64,000 nt of DNA from the human T2T-CHM13v2.0 reference genome, Homo sapiens (GCF_009914755.1 NC_060932.1); one strand, 5' to 3'. Counted from the first letter of the stretch, positions 43,165 through 58,419 are shown. The notes: generated from the sequence alone by a model not told the origin. Numbers and translations are program-made.

Positions 43165-43234
43165 CCATCCGATACTGTGACAGATGCCAACTTATAAAAC
43201 CAGATCGCTGCCATCACTGCTCCGTCTGTGATAA
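43165..43234 (+). CDS. ZDHHC2: coding exon 5 (AIRYCDRCQLIKPDRCHHCSVCDK; Cys-rich zinc-binding region)
   Basis: Acceptor tttttgtccctag|, donor TAA|GTAAGA; CxxC...HCxxC pattern. Confidence 0.97.
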
Positions 43235-43963
43235 GTAAGAGAACCTTTAACTTCTAAAATATCTACATGCTGGTGGTCTTTTTCTTCATTATGTTTCTTT
43301 TCTCACTGTTTTCCTGATTATCTTCTCCATATTCTCGCTTCTCAGCCCTTGATTTAGGAAATGGAGTTGGTATAACCCGCTGGCATTCATACCAGTGAGG
43401 CCTAAGGCCACAGTCAAGTGTCAATTTGCCCCCAGATTCACGGTGCCCTGAAGTATGTGATTTTTAGCAGTTCTGACTTGGCTGGTTCAATTTAGGAAAT
43501 ACTTCTATGAGTGTTTTCCATTTTTATAAAGAGAACTCAGTTGACTTCAGGACAGTCAGACGTTGTTATATATTTAATATACTCCAAGGACAGTATGACT
43601 TGGCATAAGGATTGATATTGAAGGGGAAGTTTTATCCAGACTTTCCGTAAATCCGTTGCAGTTTTGTTCTTTCTTTAGCCTAAGATAGTTGTATATTAAT
43701 ACATTATATTGTTTTTAGGAAATGAGTTGCTTTGCATCTTAAGCATGTATATTTTGAATTCAAGTTATATTATTATAAGAATTGGCTATAGGGTTTATTT
43801 TAGATGAGAACTTCTGCTATTATCCAATTTTTAGATAAGTAAATAATTTTGCAATATTTTACTTGCCGCAGCTGTTTGAACTAACCATAATTTATATTTT
43901 TATAATTTAATATGATTAAAATTTCATGGGGTATTAGGTTTTGTGTTCTGCTTTGTTTTTTAG

Positions 43964-43996
43964 ATGTATTTTGAAGATGGATCATCATTGTCCATG
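43964..43996 (+). CDS. ZDHHC2: coding exon 6 (CILKMDHHCPW; catalytic DHHC motif)
   Basis: Acceptor ttgttttttag|, donor ATG|GTGAGT; 33 nt, phase 2-2. Confidence 0.97.
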
Positions 43997-45045
43997 GTGA
44001 GTTGGCTGTATATTTAAACAAGTTTGTGTCCCTTGTAAATGTTAATAAATTAAATCACTTATCCATGTAAATCTTTTCACACATGAAATATTACTTGAGT
44101 TGACATAGCAGGAACTTTTGGATTTAGTTTCTAATATTTGTTTAACTTAAAAGAGCCTTTATTTAGGGGAGTTTCCATGAAATACTTTTAAAACCAGTAG
44201 GTTAACAACCTAAAAGTTAATATCGCATGTTAGCTCAGAACAAAGGATTTTGTTTGTATGCATGTGCATGAACAGAGATTCCAGAATACTTCACAGAAAT
44301 ACACACAAAGATGTACAAGTAAATTATACATAGTACCTCACTGGAAGGTTTTTATAAAGAATTAAGTCATCAAAAGCTTTTTAACAATTTATTTTACACA
44401 GAATTTGACATTAAGGAGTAGAATACAACTACACAGATATACAAATGCACACATAAATTTAAACAAGATTTTCCACATAGAATTCATTAATATTTGCTAA
44501 TATTTCTCAGTCACGAAATCAGGTAATTTAACAGAGGATTATTTGAAAGATCTGATTAGTAAGGTTAATTTTCCTTCCTTTCCTATAATTTTTCATCTCA
44601 GCGTAGGCATATCTCTGACAGTCATGCCCAGGTTGCTGGCCAGGTTGGATTTGGGCGTGAGTAATGCTTATTCTTCAAGCTTTCTTTCAGGGATGGCTCT
44701 ACAGAAAGGTAGACATGCCCACAGGTCCACAGTAGGTATAGGGTGAAATATATGTAGGGAATGGTTTTCTTAGCAGCAGGAAAGATTCCCAGGGGAATGT
44801 AGGATTATGGTATCCTGTATCTTTCACCAGTATACCTCTTTCTTTTCTCCACCTCGATTTTCTCCTTTAAAGCGTTCAGGCTAGTCAACCCATACAAGAA
44901 TGGCACTCTTCTTAAAGGTCTCAATAAATAACGCCCCCTTCGTACTAATTGATACTTGCACTCATTCTTTTGCCCCCCTGCCCCCAGTTTTCTTTTCTGG
45001 TTTTTTTTACAACAAGTGTTCCCTCTCCCCCAGTGTCTTTAATAA

Positions 45046-45672
<627 letters not shown>

Positions 45673-45714
45673 AACGTCTTCTTAATTCTCCTTACATTCA
45701 TTTGTTGACTTCCC

Positions 45715-46045
45715 CTGCAGCTGCTGTCAGTGCCCCACCTGTATCCCCATGACCCACCTGCTGAATTCATGGCATCTGGTGAACATCTCCCGTACCTGCT
45801 GGCAGCTCCCCATTCAGGCACCTGTGTTTCTTTTCTTCTCTGCCTGAGGGGGTCTCTTCTACCTGGGTAGTTTCGTTCAGCTCACAAGCCAGGCAGTCCA
45901 GAAGTGCCAAGGCATTCATACCTCCAGGGGCAACCCTCAACCAGTGACAGCCTGGCCGGTAAAAAATGCTTTATCCTTCCTGTCTCAAATGAACTGCATC
46001 CAAGTTCTTGTCTCAGAGTCTGCTTTGGGGTAAACCCATGTTAAG
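45715..46045 (+). mobile_element. LTR16-like (ERVL) remnant
   Basis: gcagctgctgtcagtgccccacc...ggggcaaccctcaaccagtgac...tgtctcagagtctgctttgggg. Confidence 0.6.
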
Positions 46046-47085
46046 CACCCTCCTTTCTGGATAACTGTATACTCCAGATATATTCAGCAGAGTGGTAGTC
46101 ATCATAGGCATAGTGTTGATTTTGATTTGTCTGACCTTAATAAGGGATTGTGATGACAAGGAATGGAGAGGTGGAAAAAAATCAGGTCAGTACATACCTA
46201 TAAAGCTTCCCATGCCCTTGCTGTACTCACAAAATTACAAAAAGAGAAAATAATAATTTATCATTATAGTAATTTTGCTAAATCAACAGTTAATTTGGCC
46301 TCATGAGATACTTACAGTCTGATAGCCTTTACAGTTTTCACAGATTCTGTTAAATAAGTGAAGGAGAACAACAGAAATGAGACCCTAGAATTTTTAAAAA
46401 TAGGTTCCATGGCATGCCTACACACCACCTGCTGTTACTCCACCCTTAGGTGGCAGTGTGGGAAGGTGAATGAACTGACTGCGGTACCTTTTAACCTGTG
46501 TCGTTGTTCACTTCCCCATCACTTCCCTTGCGGCATCCACTGTCTCCACCACTGTCCTAGCTCTGAGTACTCCCTTGCAGAAAGCAGCAGCCATGTTGAC
46601 TTGTGAAGGATTTGATGCCAAGGGTCTGTTACTCACTTGGTGCCAGCTGAATGGAGCAGCCATTGTATTTAATTTTTTAATTTCAAATTAAAGTTTTAAA
46701 TAAAAAAGTCTATAGGTAATAACATGCTTTTGGTTCCAAATTCAAAAATAAAACAGGTAGCCATGTTCTTCCCAGTCCCTCTCCCCACCTTCTTCCACTA
46801 TGCACAGAGAACCAGGATTGTTAACGTCATGGCACTTTTCAGATCTCAATGTATGTGTGCATAGCCTATAAACCCCCTTGTTATTTATTTATTTATTTTT
46901 AGTACAAGTGACTACACTATTGATTGAATCTGTTTCTTTTTGTTTTCTTCACTTAATGTATCCTGGAAATGTTTCCGTATGAATATATAAAAAATCTTTT
47001 TCTACAGGCTTTGTGTGAATGTATTCATCTAATGGCAGTCACTTATAGGACTTTTAGGATGTTTTCAGACCCAGGGGCAGCCTTT

Positions 47086-47410
<325 letters not shown>

Positions 47411-47842
47411 AGGGCAGCTTTTTTATACAGGTATTTTAAACAGGTATTTTGAACCTTCATATCTGTCAACTTTGAATATTTGAAACATTGGATCAACAAT
47501 ACCTCTCTATTTGTCAGTGATTTCTCAATCTCTGCTCTGGCCACTTAAGATTACCCACCAGAATTCTGGGGATCAATCTCATACTTGTGTTTTAACTAAA
47601 ACAGATTCCGTAGTATTTGCTTTATTGGATTTTCTATCAAAGTATTTTTTTCCTTTAGTATAAGATTTTAGTTAATTACTTAATATTAATAATACTTTCA
47701 CATGCTTGCCAAAGGTTAAGTAACACAAATAAAAACAAATTATTTGAGCTTCAGTTTATTGAGTGCCGGTTATGTTCTAGAGGCCATACACATAATCTGT
47801 AATACTTTTAACAGCGACAGAAGTAGAAATTGTTTGTCTCAT

Positions 47843-47936
47843 TTTATTTTATCTTATTTTTTTGAGACGGAGTTGCCTAGGCTGGAGTGCAGTGGCACGA
47901 TCTTGGCTCACTACAACCTCCACCTCCTTCCTGGGT
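47843..47936 (-). mobile_element. truncated Alu fragment
   Basis: TSD tttgtctcatttta on both sides. Confidence 0.8.
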
Positions 47937-48340
47937 ATTTGTCTCATTTTACAGGGGAAAAAAATGAGTCTCAGAAAAGAGAAAGAGAGGGCTCAAAGTC
48001 ACATAGGAAATTTTTTTTTACTTCAAAGGCCACACTCCTTCCAATGTATTATGTTCTTTTTCAAATTTAAAGTCAGAAAGCAATTGCCCAGAAACAGGGC
48101 CAACAGCTGTGTTTTACACTGAACTTAAACAACATAAGAAGAATATTTTCCTAGAACATGTTTTGTTTCTCCATATGAAATCATTCCTTTTCTAGATGGA
48201 GAAATAGATTCAGAATAAGTCTTCTTCCTTTTATATTGAGTCTATAAAGCAATAGGCAGTTAAAATGTCTAGCCAAAAGCTGTCTATTGTGAAGACAGTA
48301 AGGTATTATTCAAAATAAATGTCACTATATTTCTTCTAGT

Positions 48341-48376
<36 letters not shown>

Positions 48377-48422
48377 TATACATGCACATACATACACACA
48401 CACATACTCTATGTATATACAT
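48341..48422. repeat. (TA)n(CA)n compound microsatellite
   Basis: Seen directly in the sequence. Confidence 0.92.
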
Positions 48423-48684
48423 ATTAAACTCTAAAATATATGGTCTTCATTTACTGACCTCCTTTGTCCCTAGCTCTAGCATGGCAAATTTTACCATCCC
48501 CTCAAGCAAAGCTAAATTAGTTGTTACAAAATCTGTGATCAAAATCATTTTATAAAAATACTCTTTATTATTTAATGCAAGAGCTGCTGCTTATATTCCT
48601 TCAGGAAGAGAAACAATCTTTTCTATCCCTTCCAATTTCTTCCTAGTCCACAAGTCATTATTTACACCCATGTTGTCCAAAGTC

Positions 48685-49156
<472 letters not shown>

Positions 49157-49372
49157 CATATTGTCCAAAGTTTTAAAGCACCCAGCTTTTGCCTACCCAT
49201 TCTTTCCCCTTGAAACCAACATAAGTAAGCAAAGGGAATACCCTGTATCCTTTTGAGACAGAATACAGTTAGATTAGGCTGTTTCCAGTATTATTTCCTG
49301 CCATGATTCCATTCAAACACCATAAAAGGCAACCTCAGCAACAGGCTTGCATCCCCCCACTGGAACCTCTAG

Positions 49373-49726
<354 letters not shown>

Positions 49727-50207
49727 AACTTGTGGCTTCTTTATAAATTATTTGCCCATATGTAAGACCTTTAAGTTTACAAATTACTAAATCTAATGCT
49801 ATTCCCTTTACCTTATATTTTTTGAGGGAGATGATGTAAACATTTTTTTCACATGAACATGGTTTCATTTTTACAAATCTAGAAAGAAAAGTGTTTCATC
49901 TTAGTAGCTAAGTCAATGGAGAGTGAGATGATTTTTACCTACGTTAGAAGGGGAACAAGAACGTTTGAGAAAAGGAAACAATATGTGTATGTTCTGTGCA
50001 ATAGGCTGAATACTAGAAAAGGAAACCTGTATGTTCTATTTAATAGGTTCGTTATACCGGTTAACCAAGAAGTTACTCAACCCATGAAGGTATTAGCCAA
50101 TTCCACATGGGTGATGTATCACATTGACACAAGGTCATCCAGTAGTGCCCTTGTCTTTATGAAAAGGAAATCAAAAACTTTGATAGAAAGAGAGTGAGCC
50201 TATAAGC

Positions 50208-50485
50208 CTATGAGTGGGAGCTAAATGATGAGAACACATGGACACAGAGGAGGGAACAACACACACTGGGGCCTTTTGGAGGGAGGAGGGTGGGAGGAGG
50301 AAGAGGGCTAAGCAAAACAACTAATGGATACTAGGCTTAATACCTGGGTGATGAAATAATCTATACAACAGACCCCCACAACTCACGTTTACCTGTCTAA
50401 CAAACCTGCACTTGTATCCCAAAAATTAAAGTAAAATAAAATATAAATAAATAATTTTTTAAAAAAGAAAAATCTTAACAAAAAG
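50208..50485 (+). mobile_element. L1P 3' end, heavily 5'-truncated
   Basis: gagtgggagctaaatgatgagaacacatggacac...aacaaacctgcac; TSD agtgagcctataa. Confidence 0.88.
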
Positions 50486-51275
50486 AAAGTGAGCCTATAA
50501 AAATGAATTGTATTTGTACTTAGGTTTATTGATACAATAGTTTGATTTGTCCCCCCTCAGATAACGACTTTGGAGTGAGAACTGAGATTTATAAATTTCC
50601 ATATTTGGAATTGTAGCATATTTAGAGCCGACTTTTGGAAATGACCTCAGAGTGTTTTACTTACAGATAAAGAAAATGAAATTCTAATCGATGATTTCAC
50701 TTCCTCAGGGCCACATCATTACTTAGTGTCAAATGGGCCTTCTGACCCAGCTGTCTAACTGCCAGGCCTACTTCTTTTCTTAAAGCTCCCATTTAATATG
50801 CTTTGACAGTCCGCTTGCTTCAATGAAGGCATGCAAAGAGTAATTTGTGAAGATATTCCATCTAATTTGGGAATACTTGAAAAATTGTAACTTAATTAAT
50901 CATAGTTGGATATCAAACCCAAAGATGGCGTAGAGGAAGGGTTTAGTAAATTCACCTAAGCTGCCTGGCCTGATACGGTTTCTCGCAGGCTCTGTGCTTT
51001 GAGGGATGTGCATACTTGCGTAATTTGAGATGACATGCAGTTACATTGTTTGTGATTGACTAAAGCAATATTAAATATCATGTTTTAAAAATAGAAGCAG
51101 ATTTTTTAGTGAAATGGATTTTTACATGATTGTATGCATAAAGAAATCTTATGAGTTATATTTAAAGAAATGCCAATAAATTAGAAGTGAGAGGAAGCTA
51201 AACACTTGCTTGAGCATATGCACATGTAGGTTGAAGATGTAAAACTCACTGGAAATGTTTTTGTTTTGTTAACAG

Positions 51276-51396
51276 GGTGAACAATTGTGTTGGATTTTCA
51301 AATTATAAGTTCTTTCTCCTTTTCTTGGCTTATTCTCTGCTCTACTGCCTTTTTATTGCGGCAACAGATTTACAGTATTTTATCAAATTTTGGACA
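51276..51396 (+). CDS. ZDHHC2: coding exon 7 ([17 protein letters not shown]...IKFWT; TM3)
   Basis: Acceptor ttttgttaacag|, donor ACA|GTAAGT; DHHC-family NNCVGxxNxKxF motif. Confidence 0.97.
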
Positions 51397-51509
51397 GTAA
51401 GTCATTAACTTGGTAACTCTTTTTTTGGTATACAATAATAGATAATGTAGGCTTTTCAGAACAGAATTATTTCCGACACTGACTTTATAGACCAGAGCTC
51501 ATTGACATG

Positions 51510-52147
51510 CAGTCAGTCCTCATTATTCGCAGATTCTTTATTTGTTAATTCAGTAAGATGTAATTGTAACCCCCACATCGATACTGACAGCTTTCGTCAT
51601 CTGCAGACATGTGCAGAGTGGCAAAAACATTGAGTTGCCCCCATGCCCATTCCCAGTTGAGGTTGAACAAGACGATGCTTTTGCCTTCTTGCTTCAGCTC
51701 TCATACTATAAACAAGTGTGCTTTCCACAGTCTATTTAGTGCCATGCTTTTTTCCATTTTTGTGCTTTTTGTTGGTGATTTTGCTGTCAAAAAATCTTAA
51801 AGTGTAGTGCTGAAGTGTGGTCTAATGTTTCTAAACAAAAGAGAACCGATGTGTGTTATGGAGAAAATAGGTGTATTAGATAAGCTTGATTCAGGCATGA
51901 GTTATAGTACTGTTAGCTATGAGTTCTATATTAATAAATCAATAATGTATATTAAATAAGGTGCATTTAAGTAGAAACACACATAAAACAAGGTTACACA
52001 CTGATCAGTTGTCAAAGATGTTGTGACCAGAGGTTCATAGAAACCTAACCCTGTATCTTCCCTAGGAGCAGTTTTTCAGTGTTCACAAGTTCAGTGTTTG
52101 TGGAAAGTTTATAAAAAATAAGTACTGCAAATAACGAGAATTGATGA
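51510..52147. mobile_element. MER82-like Tigger DNA transposon
   Basis: cagtcagtccctcattattcgcagattc...gcagagtggcaaaaa...gcaaataacgagaattga termini. Confidence 0.75.
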
Positions 52148-53580
52148 CTATATAAGATTTTTTTCAGGATTTAAAAATAGAAGTATTTTCTTTATGTGTA
52201 AGAAGATTATTTTTTAAACTATCATGCCTATAATGTCCTTATGCCTATAATATCCTGAATTTTTATTCGGTATTTCTTGATTATGCTTTATACACTATAT
52301 ATTTTAAATGTAGGCAAAAAGAAATTAAAATTGAGGATTTAAGATATCCACAGGTCCTCCTTGTGAACACCAAATGACAGTAAAAAAGCAATTTATCTGC
52401 TGCCAGGATTGATGTATTATTTTCATTAAATTATCTTTATTATGGTAAGAATTTCTAAATTGCTAGATCACTTATGTGAGATTTGAACCAAATTTAATAC
52501 CAAAGAGTTATTGAATGCCTACTGTGTGCCAATTCTATTGCTAAGCATAGAAAGACATGAGTGAAGAGACCTGCTGCTAACATTCAAGGATTCTTTCAGT
52601 GTCCAGCTTGAAAAATGAACCGTAATGAATGTCTGGGAGAGCATTACCTCACTGCTCCTCCTTCCTGTGGATGATTTTAGTTTCAAACCACAAACATATA
52701 TGAAAAGGAATGACCAGAATTTTCGCTGTCAAAAAAACCTGCTGCTGTTGAAAACTGTCAGTGAGGTCTTGTGACCGGTGTCATTTGGTCAGGGACGACA
52801 GGGTATTGGAATCTCAGGACCATTTATCAGAAGAGACACCTCGTGGCAGCCATGGTGCTTCGATAGGTGTCCATAGCCCCAAGCCCTCCATTCTAGAGCC
52901 ATTCCAGGTCTCTTTGGATTTATAAACAATGAGAGAATGAGAGTCTAACTGGTTTTCTTTGAGATGGACTGTTTCAGCCCATGGATATTAACATTTATTT
53001 TAGACAGGTGTTATGCACTGGTGTTGATCTTTTCTGTGGTGCTATTATTTAAGATAGCTTGAAGCATTATTGTGAATGTGTTGTTATATGTATTCATTTA
53101 GTTGATGCTGTTGTTTGTAGTAACATAAAACATCAATAAGGATAGTAGCCAAATTGTGCCAGTTAGCCTTCATTTTCTGGCATTATAATGAAACTATTTA
53201 AACGTTTGTGATTCTGTAGTATGTTAACAAAACATACTCCGTTAATAAATTTAAAACTACATTTTATAGTTCCATTTATCTTGCTTCGTATTACAGTTTA
53301 TACATATACTACCATAAATTTTCTATGATTTGGTTATGAAAAACACAGTTTATATTCCAAATTTTAATATCATTTTCATATATATTCATATTCTCGTAAA
53401 CTTTTAACCTGATGAAATATATGCATATTTTTCCTAAAGTTTTAACATAAAGCCACATTTTTTTATATTAAATTTAAGAAAAATTTTAAGCAAAAAAAAA
53501 AATCTTACTAATTTACTTATAAAAGTAGGGGAATACATATCCCTTTGACAAAACATGTTATTTTCTTCCTTTCTTTATAG

Positions 53581-53713
53581 AATGGCCTACCTGATACTCA
53601 AGCCAAGTTCCATATTATGTTTTTATTCTTTGCTGCAGCTATGTTTTCTGTCAGCTTGTCTTCTCTGTTTGGCTATCATTGTTGGCTAGTCAGCAAAAAT
53701 AAATCTACATTAG
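53581..53713 (+). CDS. ZDHHC2: coding exon 8 (NGLPDTQAK...SKNKSTL; TM4)
   Basis: Long polypyrimidine tract ending atag|, donor TAG|GTGAGT; 133 nt. Confidence 0.96.
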
Positions 53714-53901
53714 GTGAGTATCCAATTATTGTAGTTGACAGAACTTTAAATACGTATACCAACATTCATTGACAGTTGCTATGTGATTAAATGCCAACTT
53801 GCCCTGAAGTGGTGGGAAAAGTCATTCTTATTTTCCTCATTGTTTTTTTGATATGTCGCTTAGACACATACAGGTTTGCTCATTCCATATATTTATTGAT
53901 T

Positions 53902-53992
53902 GTCTCATATATATGTATATATATATGAGACTATATATATATCTATATATAGATATATAGATATAGTGGCATATAGATATATAGATATAGTG
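53902..53992. repeat. TA/TAGA-rich low-complexity tract with a hairpin
   Basis: gtctcatatatat-gtat-atatatatgagac. Confidence 0.85.
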
Positions 53993-54966
53993 GTGAGCAG
54001 GGGCAAAACAGTCTAATGAGGGGCACTAGGAATATTTTAGAAACACTCCATGTGGCTGAAGCATAGAAAGCTAAAGATTGAGAAATACATTAATGAGGTT
54101 GGAGAGGTAAGCAAGGACTAAGCTATGTAGAGTTTCTAGGCCAAGGATAGGAGTTTGGGAATGCAACCAGGACCACACATGCTGATGATCATAAAGGACA
54201 CTCCAAGCTGTGAGCTTCAGTTATTATAATATGCAATGAGGATTAATTACAGTGGGTAGTCAATTAGTGTTCATTTTCAGTATTTTGAAATGAAACATTA
54301 TGGAATTCTCAAATGAAATCATTACACCAAATACTATTAGGGTGAAAATACTGATAAAGTAATTTCTAAGCCCAGGAATTTTATTTCAAATTATGTGTTA
54401 GGCAGTTAAATTGTAATTCATCAAAAGCAAATTTATTGTTTCTAGAGGTTTTTAACTTCTGGAAACCTCTAGATTTAACTTGTAGCACTGAAAGGACTTC
54501 CCCTGGATAATATGATCCTTTGAAATGTTTTAGAAAAAGCTATGTATCCTAGGATGAAGAATGCTAAGGATCTTGCAAATGACCACATTTTTTCATAGTG
54601 CCTAACTCTGCTGGTTAGATTTTTCTTTTTAATGGAGAAAAATCATTATACCTCCATGTTCATATTCCAAAAACAACATTTTACATTTTGTATTTCAGCA
54701 TGATTCAAGAAGAAAATGTAGTATTTTTGAAGGAATGTTGATGACCTTATTCAAGTCTCAGTCTGTCGTGTGTTTGTTGTGTGACCTTAGGCAAGTCCCA
54801 GAGCCTCTCTGAACCAGCTTCGATAGGCAGAATGAGCATCACCAGATGCAATACATGGTTCTGGACTGGATCCCGGTTTGGACAAACTAGTTTAAAAGTA
54901 GATTTTATAGTCAGCTGGAAAAATTTTATTAGATGAGAACCAATTTCAACGAAATTGGAAAATACT

Positions 54967-55118
54967 TAGCCAGGCATGGTGGCATGACACCTGTTGCTCC
55001 AGGAGGGTGAGGCAGAAGAATTGCTTGAGCCTGGGAATTCGAGGCTACAGTGAGCTATGATCATACCACTGTACTCCACTCTGGGCAACAGAGTGAAACC
55101 CTGACTCAAAAATAAACA
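54967..55118 (+). mobile_element. Alu right-arm monomer
   Basis: ttagccaggcatggtggc...gagtgaaaccctgactcaaaaa. Confidence 0.85.
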
Positions 55119-55552
55119 AATGGATTTACTTAAAAACAAAGGTTGTAGAATGTATGTAAAAGATAGTCTGATTGTGGTTTTCTTAAAAAATACACCTGTA
55201 GATTTGTAGATCTATGTTTATGGATCCATCCATTTATCTATCTATTGATCAAAAGATCCAGAAGATGCAGTTTTAGTTTATTTGCTAGTTTGTATTTTCT
55301 AATTTTCTACAATGCACATGTACTATTATAATAAAAAGGCATATTTTAAAATTAAAATAGGTATATCTTATGATATTTTAAAACAGAATGGACACCCTAT
55401 ATTTCAGGGCTGTTGACAGGCACATAAGCCCTCACAGTCAGCTAGCCATTGATTTTCAGAGTTTCTTCATTTACTTCAATTATTGATAAATATTCAGGAT
55501 TGCTAGTAAATATTTTCTTTACTCATGTGATTCCTTTACCATCTTTTTTTAG

Positions 55553-55679
55553 AGGCATTCAGAAGTCCAGTATTTCGACATGGAACAGATAAGAATGGAT
55601 TCAGCTTGGGTTTCAGTAAAAACATGCGACAAGTTTTTGGTGATGAGAAGAAGTACTGGTTGCTACCCATTTTTTCAAG
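55553..55679 (+). CDS. ZDHHC2: coding exon 9 (EAFRSPVF...YWLLPIFS; includes the PaCCT-like FSLGFSKNMRQVFG)
   Basis: Acceptor cttttttttag|, donor AAG|GTACTT; 127 nt. Confidence 0.95.
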
Positions 55680-56008
55680 GTACTTCTTTGTTAAAATTTT
55701 CAGGCTTTAAACTAATGAAAATAATACAGCAAAAGATAGTTTCAGGAAAAGCCTCTAGTTCCATAGGCTTGTAATTCTGTGTAGGAACTCTTATTTTTAA
55801 AAAATATTATTCTATGATTCACCATAATATCAGTGTGGAAGTCAGTTAATTCATCATCTTCCTGAACACTATGTTGAGCTCAATGTCTAATACACATTTT
55901 TTTTGCCTAGAGTATAGCATGTTCTGCTCTCGGACATCAGCATTTTGGCAGGGTTTCACTCCGTTGTCTTTTGTATGGTTCAGTTCTAAATTTTTATTTT
56001 AATTCTAG

Positions 56009-56101
56009 TCTAGGTGATGGCTGCTCCTTTCCAACTTGCCTTGTTAACCAGGATCCTGAACAAGCATCTACTCCTGCAGGGCTGAATTCCACAGCTAAAA
56101 A
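56009..56101 (+). CDS. ZDHHC2: coding exon 10 (SLGDGCSFP...NSTAKN)
   Basis: Acceptor aattctag|, donor AAA|GTAATC; 93 nt. Confidence 0.94.
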
Positions 56102-57081
56102 GTAATCTCATATTTTTTTTCATTGTACTTTCAAATAAGATATTTTACCATATTGTGTCTTTTGGTTATATGTTCCTTTGAAAAAAAATGAAGACCATAA
56201 GAAAATTTACTGCAATGGTTTCCACTTGAAATGAGGGAAAAAAGAAAGTATGATTGAGGATACATTGGAAGCTTCAATTATACTTGTAAAATGGTGTTAT
56301 TAATCTAAGTGTGAGTAAAAAGGTGTTAATTGTCTATACATTTTGGTTGACTGAAATATTTTTTAAATGCAGTGCTTAAAAGAAAAAAAAATGTAAGTCA
56401 AAATTAGCTACCCACTGCTCAGGTAGGCAGACAGGGTAAAATCGCCCCTGACCCACCATATCTTTCCTTTCTGTGATAACTGTTAGAGTAAAGAAACTTG
56501 AGGCTTTTGGAGATCAAATGGACCCCCAGACACCTTCTTGACAACTCCATTTTAATGTATATTATGGACTTAGTGCCCTTGGAAGACCTCTAAGGATTAT
56601 CTGAGCCATTTCTGTGGAGAGAGAAGCCAGAGTCTTAGAAATTCATTGTCTGGAGACTTTTGCTCCAGCTTTAAGTTTGTTTTGATTCCAGACTATCAAG
56701 AATTTGAGGCTGGCCAGAGAAAGACCTGACATTTCATTCTGAACGTGCTACCAACTGGCAAAAGGAAAAGTTACTTAAACTTTTAAAATGCTATGTATGA
56801 ATTTTCAGTGGTTTGAAACACCAGTTTTTATACCTTTGTGACAGATTTGAGTATAACCATTCCTCTGATTTTTCAATGAAAGCCAGTAGCAAAAGCATAA
56901 CCATAATATCATTCTTCATTAAACGTTAGAGCTTTTCTTAGTTGCTGCAGTGCCACATACACAGTATCCACACCAACACTCCATATTGAACATTTCTTAC
57001 TGATCACAGGACTTTTTCCTAGGGAGCCTGGAGTGACCCCATAAACCTCAAGGCAGTGTTCCTGGTAGCCATTCTAAAGTT

Positions 57082-57232
57082 CTTTTTGTTGTTGTTGTTT
57101 GTTTGTTTGTTTGTTTCCATTTTAGTTTTGAGACAGGGTCTCTCTTGTCACCCAGGCTGGAGTGCAGTGGAGTGATCATGGCTCACTGCAGCCATGACCG
57201 CCCAGGATCAAGCGATCCTCCTGCCTCTGCCC
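57082..57232 (-). mobile_element. Alu fragment with a (TTTG)n tail
   Basis: gagacagggtctc...caggctggagtgcagtgg. Confidence 0.85.
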
Positions 57233-58419
57233 TTTTAAATTGGGAATTAAATGTAAAAGGAATTTATATTTAAAATCCTTTTAAATTGTCAAAAGAGATG
57301 AAAGGTATTTGTCACCCCATCCCTAGAGTGAGCTATGTACAGGCCAGACCCTACCAGTTAGTGAATGGGCCCAGTGTATATATTTCACAGGGACATTCAT
57401 GGGCATCAGAGTTTTTTACTAGATCATGCCTTGTGCATTTGGGCTTGAAAATCCCACAGAGCTAAATGTTTATGGTTTTTCATATACCTCAATGCAGAAA
57501 AATCTAGTTTTAATAAATTATTCAGAATACGTTTCAAGCTTTTACAAAATTCAGTAGTAGTTTATAATACTTTTTTGCCCTTTGTGTTTTTTTTAATAAT
57601 TTAAGAAATCATTTTGGTTTTAGAGATAATATTTCTCCTTCCACTAAGGGCACCATGAGATTTGGGAGAAATCTTAGTTCTGACACTGTTACCCAACTGG
57701 GTGATCTTGAAGAAGTTAAATAATCTTTTGAGGCCTCTGTTTCCTTTCCTTTGAATGTTGAGGTCAGATTTAGACAGCTAAAGTCTCTTTCTTCTGCGGA
57801 ATTCTACTATCTCCCATGTTGAGCCCAGATAAAATTTTCGTGGCAAGTTCTGTTCTCTTCTTTACTCCAGAGTTGAATATCTTGCTGTCTACTTGACACA
57901 CCCACTTGGACACCTAAAAATCATCTCCAACTAAACAGGTTCAGAGCAGAACTTTGAATTTGATTCCCAGCCATGTGTACCCTCATCACCACCCTAAACC
58001 AGAATCTCCTCCATGCTTCCATTATCAGTATTAGTGACCTCCATTCTCCCACGTGTTCATGCTAGAAACTGTGGGGTCATCCTGGATTCCTCTCTTTCAA
58101 TTACTTTGTATTTACTCCATTTGCAAATCCTATCAGATGTCTCTTTAAAGTATATCTATAATCTGAATACTTTCTAACCACCTCCAAGGCAGCTTTCCTG
58201 GTCCTAGCCCTCATCCCTGCTCCCATGGATTACTTCAGTAGTTTTCTAACTGATGTAACATTTTTGCCCCACTCCAATCTATTTTCCCTTCAAAATATAA
58301 GTCAGATTGTGTCACTCTTCTGCTGAAAGCTCTATTAGTTTCCCATCTTACTCGGAATAAAAGCTAATGAATGTCTGTTCCATCACTTAACAAGACTGAT
58401 CTGACCCCAGACAGTCATT

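Noticed and set aside
56004-56013. Tandem acceptor tctag|tctag at exon 10
   Set aside because: The distal AG shifts the frame by 5 nt. The proximal AG gives the intact protein, and nothing supports use of the other.
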